From an uncultured Bacteroidales bacterium (GTDB taxonomy: Bacteria > Bacteroidota > Bacteroidia > Bacteroidales > UBA10428), in the NCBI GenBank assembly GCA_964560225.1, contig CAZLLD010000005.1, positions 5,223 through 69,222 of the forward strand: a DNA stretch of 64,000 nucleotides, read 5' to 3'. Numbering within the stretch: position 1 is the stretch's first letter; the number at the start of each line of letters is the position of its first letter. The position numbers and the translations under genes are program-made. The notes beneath the pieces were generated by a model. It was not told the origin of the DNA. It made no database searches and saw nothing but the letters and a program-made list of their open reading frames with translations. This document shows positions 59,102 to 64,000 of this stretch, piece after piece.

Positions 59102-60703
59102 ATGAGCTTATTCAGCCCAAAAGACTTGGCCAAATATGGCATTACCAATGTAAAGGAAGTAATTTACAACCCTTCGTACCAGGAACTTTTCAATTTTGAA
59201 ACCGATCCGAAACTCGAAGGTTTTGAAGTGGGAGAATTGACAGATACGGGTGCCGTAGCAGTGAAAACAGGTGTCTTTACCGGCAGGTCGCCAAAAGACA
59301 AATACTTTGTTAAAGATGCTGTTTCCGAAAATACCATCTGGTGGGACGGAGTCATCAATAAATCAATCAATCAGGATGTTTGGGAACATTGCAAAGGACT
59401 TGTAAGTAATCAACTATCTAATAAAGACAGACTTTATGTGGTGGATGCTTTTTGCGGAACCAATGCCAACAGCCGGCTGAAAGTGAGATTTATTATGGAA
59501 GTGGCCTGGCAGGCTCATTTTGTTACCAATATGTTTATCCGCCCCTCTCATTATGAATTGGCCAATTATGGGGAACCCGATTTTGTGATGATCAATGGTT
59601 CTAAAGCAACCAATCCGCAATGGAAGGAGCAGGGACTTCATTCCGACGTATTTGTGCTTTTCAGTTTAGCCGAAAGGCTTTCAGTTGTTGGCGGCTCGTG
59701 GTACGGTGGCGAAATGAAAAAAGGCATCTTCAGCCTGATGAATTACTATCTGCCACTCAAAAGAATGGCCTCAATGCATTGCTCTGCCAATGTGGGAGAA
59801 AAGGGCGATGTTGCTTTGTTCTTTGGTCTCTCCGGCACTGGTAAAACCACCCTGTCAGCCGATCCGAAACGATACCTGATCGGCGATGACGAACATGGAT
59901 GGGACGACGAAGGCGTTTTCAACTACGAAGGCGGATGCTATGCCAAAACCATTAACCTGAGCAAGGAGAACGAACCGGATATTTACAGCGCCATTCAACG
60001 TAATGCATTGCTCGAAAATGTAACGGTGCTTGAAGATGGTTCCATTGATTTTGCCGATTGCTCAATAACCGAGAATACACGGGTATCTTACCCCATATTC
60101 CACATCAATAAAATTGTGCTGCCGTCTAAAGCAGGCCACGCCACCAAAATTATTTACCTTTCGGCTGACGCTTTTGGTGTGCTTCCCCCGGTATCAATAC
60201 TCGACAGAAACCAGGCACAGTATCACTTCCTTTGTGGGTACACGTCTAAACTGGCCGGTACCGAAAGGGGAATAACCGAACCAGTCCCATCATTCTCGCC
60301 GGCTTTCGGTGAGGCATTTCTCACCCTGCACCCCACTTATTATGCTAAAGAACTGGTGAGAAAAATGGACCAGCACAATGCCAAAGCCTACCTGGTGAAT
60401 ACAGGCTGGAATGGTACGGGTAAGAGAATATCCATTAAGGAAACACGCGCCATTATTGATTCGATCCTTGATGGCTCCATTGAAAAAGCACCAACCCAGC
60501 ACATACCCCTGCTTAACCTCACTGTTCCGGTAAGCTTGCCCGGTGTTTCAGAAGGCATTCTGGATCCGCGCGATACCTATTCGAACAAATCAGAATGGGA
60601 AAGAAAAGCCCGCGATCTTTCGGGCAGATACATCAAATACTTCGAACAATATGCATCCACACCTGAAGGCAAGGCTTTGATTCCTTCAGGGCCATCACTG
60701 TAA
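59102..60703 (+). CDS. pckA: Phosphoenolpyruvate carboxykinase (ATP)
   Basis: 533 aa. Kinase-1a [19 protein letters not shown], and GGCYAK. Confidence 0.97.
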   Translation: MSLFSPKDLAKYGITNVKEVIYNPSYQELFNFETDPKLEGFEVGELTDTGAVAVKTGVFTGRSPKDKYFVKDAVSENTIWWDGVINKSINQDVWEHCKGLVSNQLSNKDRLYVVDAFCGTNANSRLKVRFIMEVAWQAHFVTNMFIRPSHYELANYGEPDFVMINGSKATNPQWKEQGLHSDVFVLFSLAERLSVVGGSWYGGEMKKGIFSLMNYYLPLKRMASMHCSANVGEKGDVALFFGLSGTGKTTLSADPKRYLIGDDEHGWDDEGVFNYEGGCYAKTINLSKENEPDIYSAIQRNALLENVTVLEDGSIDFADCSITENTRVSYPIFHINKIVLPSKAGHATKIIYLSADAFGVLPPVSILDRNQAQYHFLCGYTSKLAGTERGITEPVPSFSPAFGEAFLTLHPTYYAKELVRKMDQHNAKAYLVNTGWNGTGKRISIKETRAIIDSILDGSIEKAPTQHIPLLNLTVPVSLPGVSEGILDPRDTYSNKSEWERKARDLSGRYIKYFEQYASTPEGKALIPSGPSL

Positions 60704-60724
60704 ATACACATGGGCACACATATG

Positions 60725-60760
60725 ATGAGCGCAGTCTGCCGGCTGCGCTCATTTCTTTAT
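60725..60760 (+). terminator. Rho-independent terminator after pckA
   Basis: 10-bp stem ATGAGCGCAG / CTGCGCTCAT followed by TTCTTTATTT. Confidence 0.65.
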
Positions 60761-60918
60761 TTCCGAAACATTTCCTTTTCAGACACGTACAACCATTTCA
60801 ATTCACAAAAACTGAATCAAAGCTCATTTCATAATACATCTATTTATATATCAACACATTAACCTTTAAAAACCTTATAAATAGGTATAAATACCCTTGT
60901 GAGATGAATAATTATCTG

Positions 60919-60926
60919 TATATTTG
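60919..60926 (+). promoter_or_regulatory. Candidate -7 promoter box TATATTTG for plsY
   Basis: Matches TAnnTTTG, 25 nt upstream of the ATG. Confidence 0.35.
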
Positions 60927-60950
60927 CCGCTCGTTTATTAAAGTTCTTTA

Positions 60951-61619
60951 ATGCATATAGTCTACAATATTGGCATTCTTGTGCTAGCTTATCTGATCGG
61001 TTCGATCCCCACATCCGTATGGATTGGCAGATCTTTTTTCGGAATTGATCTCAGGGAGCGAGGAAGCAAAAATGCCGGTGCTACAAACGCCATGCGGGTC
61101 TTTGGATGGAAAGTCGGTTTGACTGTTCTGATTATTGACATGTTAAAAGGATGGCTTGCCGTCAACTTGATCCATCTTACCAATTATTACATACCTGAAA
61201 CAGGTGATTTTATTGAGTTTCAACTTCTGCTTGGAATAGCTGCCATCATGGGGCACATTTTTCCGGTTTATGTAGGTTTCCGGGGGGGTAAAGGAGTGGC
61301 AACGCTGTTTGGTTTGATATTGGCCATCAATCCGGAGCCAACACTGCTTTGTGTCGGAATTTTCATCATTACACTCATTGTAACCAAATACGTTTCACTG
61401 AGTTCCATGGTTGCCGGATTTGCTTTTCCGGTGATGGTTATCTTTGTTTTCAAGACAACTACCCCATCGCTTGTTATTTTCTCATTGATCATTGCAGGAT
61501 TGTTGCTGTTTACCCACCAGAAGAATATTGAAAGACTTCTTCGCAGGGAGGAAAAAAAGGTCCTGTTCCTGATGAGTAAACGACGCAGAGAAATTGAACG
61601 GCTTAAGCAATCGGCTTAG
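60951..61619 (+). CDS. plsY: Glycerol-3-phosphate acyltransferase PlsY
   Basis: 222 aa. GSKNAGATNAMR and FRGGKGVAT motifs. Confidence 0.92.
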   Translation: MHIVYNIGILVLAYLIGSIPTSVWIGRSFFGIDLRERGSKNAGATNAMRVFGWKVGLTVLIIDMLKGWLAVNLIHLTNYYIPETGDFIEFQLLLGIAAIMGHIFPVYVGFRGGKGVATLFGLILAINPEPTLLCVGIFIITLIVTKYVSLSSMVAGFAFPVMVIFVFKTTTPSLVIFSLIIAGLLLFTHQKNIERLLRREEKKVLFLMSKRRREIERLKQSA

Positions 61620-62412
61620 TTTCACGACTTTTTCTTCCGACGAATTCTTCTTCCAGTTTTAGGTGTAAGGATTTGATATCTACCGGAGCCAGTTTACCGC
61701 CTTCGGCCAGTGAAATGCCGCCGGTTTCTTCAGACACCACGATAACCAGTGCATCTGTTTGTTCCGAAATCCCCAGTCCGGCCCGGTGTCTTAAGCCATA
61801 GTGTTCAGGTATTTCAAAGTTATCAGATACCGGCAAAATGCAGCATGCCGCACGGATTTTGTCCTGGTGGATGATCACAGCTCCATCATGGAGAGGTCCC
61901 CATTTATTGAAGATCGACTCGATCAGCCTGCTGGTTGTCCTGGCGTCAATCATATCACCAGTTTGTACATACGTGTCAAGCAGTGAATTCCGCTGTAATA
62001 CAATCAGAGCACCTACACGATCCTTCGACATGTTCACGCATGCCTTGATGATACCGTTAATGTTGAGTGCCGGAAGGTCTGAACCCAGCTTTGAGAAGAA
62101 ATTATCAATGGAAATACCTGCTTTGGGAAGATACCTCACACTGAACATGATCAGAAAACGACGCAACTCCTGCTGAAATACCACAATGATCGCTATAGCG
62201 CCCACACCAATGATCTGGCCCAGGATGCTTCCCAGCAAAAGCATATTGTCTTTTACCAGCAGCCAAACCACATAAAATGTGATGATGGTGACGAAAATAT
62301 ATGTAGCTATGGTGCCTTTAATCAGCATGTAAACCTGGTACATCAAAAAGGCAACCAACAATATATCAATAATGTCGATAATTCTGATATGAATAAAGGC
62401 TGGTATGAACAT
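61603..62412 (-). CDS. cdaA: Diadenylate cyclase CdaA (membrane-anchored DAC domain)
   Basis: 269 aa. Three N-terminal transmembrane helices. DAC motifs GALIVL, DGAVIIHQDKIRAA, and GLRHRAGLGISEQTDALVIVVSEETG. Confidence 0.88.
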   Translation of the reverse strand: MFIPAFIHIRIIDIIDILLVAFLMYQVYMLIKGTIATYIFVTIITFYVVWLLVKDNMLLLGSILGQIIGVGAIAIIVVFQQELRRFLIMFSVRYLPKAGISIDNFFSKLGSDLPALNINGIIKACVNMSKDRVGALIVLQRNSLLDTYVQTGDMIDARTTSRLIESIFNKWGPLHDGAVIIHQDKIRAACCILPVSDNFEIPEHYGLRHRAGLGISEQTDALVIVVSEETGGISLAEGGKLAPVDIKSLHLKLEEEFVGRKSRETKPIA

Positions 62413-62441
62413 AAACAGGTTTTCAGTTCATTTCAAAGTTA

Positions 62442-63326
62442 TTACAATTTCTCTGAATATTTACCGGCGTTTTGGCATTGACTCCAAAGCCTGATGGTCT
62501 GGATGGCTTCTTTTACATCATGCACCCTCAAAATGTTTGCCCCATTATTAAGGGCAAGTGTATGCAACACGGTTGTTCCGTTCAATGCTTCTTCAGGAGT
62601 CTGTTTCAGAAACTTATAGATCATCGATTTCCGTGATAAACCTACCATTACCGGATATCCCAGCACACCGAACAATTCCAATTCCCGGAGCAGTTTATAA
62701 TTGTCATCCAGGCTTTTTCCAAAGCCGAATCCCGGATCCACAATAACATCATGTATTCCTTCATCCACTGCCCTCCTGATCCTTTCAGCAAAAAATGCGA
62801 GTACCTCCCTGGTGACATCCTGATATACAGGATTTACCTGCATATTCTGTGGAGTTCCCTGCATGTGCATCATGATATAGGGCACCCTGAGCGCGGCAAC
62901 AACAGGAATCATTTCTGCATCCATCATACCTGAAGAAATATCATTGATGATATTGACGTTGTATTCATTTACCACAAACGATGCGATTTCTGCCCTGAAA
63001 GTATCAACCGATATGAGAATATCCGGGTATTCTATGCGCAAGGCTCCCAGCGCTTTGTTGAGCCGGTTCTTTTCCTCCTCAGGTAAAATATCTGTTGCGC
63101 CGGGTCTCGAAGAGTAGGCACCCACATCAATCACATCCGCACCTTCTTCCAGCATCTTTCCGGCACGCACCAGGATATCCTTCTCTGACATGTAGCTGCC
63201 ACCATCATAAAAGGAATCAGGCGTTATGTTGAGAATTCCCATTACCCGGGGCTGGCTGAAATCAATCACCGCACTTCCACAGTTAAGCGTGCATTTTACG
63301 GAAAATAATGTATCTTTAAAACTCAT
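62442..63326 (-). CDS. folP: Dihydropteroate synthase
   Basis: 294 aa. GILNITPDSFYDGG, DVGAYSSRPG, VDPGFGFGK. Confidence 0.93.
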   Translation of the reverse strand: MSFKDTLFSVKCTLNCGSAVIDFSQPRVMGILNITPDSFYDGGSYMSEKDILVRAGKMLEEGADVIDVGAYSSRPGATDILPEEEKNRLNKALGALRIEYPDILISVDTFRAEIASFVVNEYNVNIINDISSGMMDAEMIPVVAALRVPYIMMHMQGTPQNMQVNPVYQDVTREVLAFFAERIRRAVDEGIHDVIVDPGFGFGKSLDDNYKLLRELELFGVLGYPVMVGLSRKSMIYKFLKQTPEEALNGTTVLHTLALNNGANILRVHDVKEAIQTIRLWSQCQNAGKYSEKL

Positions 63327-63367
63327 TCAGTAAGATTCATTTTTATAAAAGTAATAAAAAGTTCGGT

Positions 63368-64000
63368 ATGAAATTCATTGTGGTAGAGGGTGTAGACGGA
63401 TCCGGAAAATCAACTCAGATCAAACTCATAACAAAACACCTTGAAATGAAAGGAATAGCATACCGGTACGTTCATTTCCCGCGCACCGATTCAAAAATCT
63501 ACGGCGAGCTGATCGCGCGGTTCCTAAGGGGTGATTTTGGTAATCTGAAGGCTGTTGACCCTTACCTGGTTGCCTTGTTGTACGCCGGTGACCGGAATGA
63601 CGCAGCACCAATGATCAGGGAATGGCTCAACCAGGGTTTTCTTGTCTTGCTGGACCGTTACGTATACTCCAATATCGCTTTTCAATGTGCAAAAATGAAT
63701 GACCCTGTCGGGCAGGATGCTTTAAGAAGCTGGATTCTGGATCTTGAATATGGATACTACAAAATTCCAAAACCCGATGTCAACATTCTGCTGGATGTGC
63801 CTTTTTCCTTTACTCAAAATAAGCTCACCAGAGAAAGAACAGGTGACGAACGTAATTATTTGCATGGAATGCGCGATATCCACGAAGAAGATCTTGAATT
63901 CCAGAAAAGGGTTCGGGAAATGTATATCCGCCAGGCTGAAACCTGTGAAGATTTGAAAATTGTTAATTGCATTGATGAACGGGGTGAGATGAGTGCTCCT
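63368..64000 (+). CDS. tmk: Thymidylate kinase, 3' end beyond the window
   Basis: Hand translation from the ATG at 63368 stays open to base 64000: MKFIVVEGVDGSGKSTQIKLITKHL...LLDRYVYSNIAFQ.... P-loop EGVDGSGKST and DRY motif. It is not in the supplied ORF track because no stop codon falls inside the window. Confidence 0.88.
   Translation, partial: MKFIVVEGVDGSGKSTQIKLITKHLEMKGIAYRYVHFPRTDSKIYGELIARFLRGDFGNLKAVDPYLVALLYAGDRNDAAPMIREWLNQGFLVLLDRYVYSNIAFQCAKMNDPVGQDALRSWILDLEYGYYKIPKPDVNILLDVPFSFTQNKLTRERTGDERNYLHGMRDIHEEDLEFQKRVREMYIRQAETCEDLKIVNCIDERGEMSAP

Noticed and set aside
1-64000. Whole-window look for CRISPR arrays, tRNA/rRNA/tmRNA/RNase P genes, IS elements, reverse transcriptases, toxin-antitoxin pairs or known defence genes.
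   Set aside because: None found. Every gap is at most about 310 nt, no gap shows cloverleaf-compatible or array-like periodic repeats, and all long ORFs have housekeeping, envelope or regulatory assignments. This was a visual scan only; a tRNAscan or Infernal run would be needed to be definitive.

Overview
This window reads as an ordinary chromosomal segment of a Bacteroidota-type genome. That assignment is an inference from three things: TAnnTTTG -7 promoter boxes in front of many genes, ECF-sigma/FecR modules, and STN, CarboxypepD_reg and Plug-type domains. I support about 57 protein-coding genes, densely packed, with the largest intergenic gap about 310 nt. I saw no rRNA, tRNA, CRISPR array, transposase, phage gene or recognisable defence gene.

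Gene content is mostly core metabolism and housekeeping:
- One-carbon and folate: metH 3' end, metF, folE, folP.
- TCA cycle and the PEP-pyruvate node: sucA, sucB, icd, pyk, ppdK, pckA.
- Other core genes: dapA, galT, hldD, secA, dnaX, xerD, arfB, plsY, cdaA, and tmk, which runs off the right edge and is absent from the ORF track.

Accessory-looking parts:
- A six-gene minus-strand cluster, TolC, MacA-like adaptor, ABC ATPase, FtsX permease, LytS-type kinase and LytTR regulator (13976-20570).
- Two ECF-sigma modules.
- A NarL-type two-component pair.
- An enterobacterial-like ornithine carbamoyltransferase next to an NhaD-like permease.

I cannot point to a clear-cut new system. The best candidates for follow-up are:
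1. An A10 slippery run in dnaX at the domain III/IV boundary, with stop codons 3-4 codons downstream in both alternative frames. This is a candidate tau/gamma recoding site.
2. An ECF-sigma/FecR locus whose downstream genes carry STN, CarboxypepD_reg and Plug-like modules but no TonB-dependent beta-barrel.
3. A 27-nt leader block, 25/27 identical and at identical spacing, in front of two otherwise diverged tandem outer-membrane beta-barrel genes.
4. A secreted nucleoside-hydrolase/FmdE-domain fusion next to an RcnA-like metal transporter.

All family assignments come from motif recognition by eye. No database search or computation was run.
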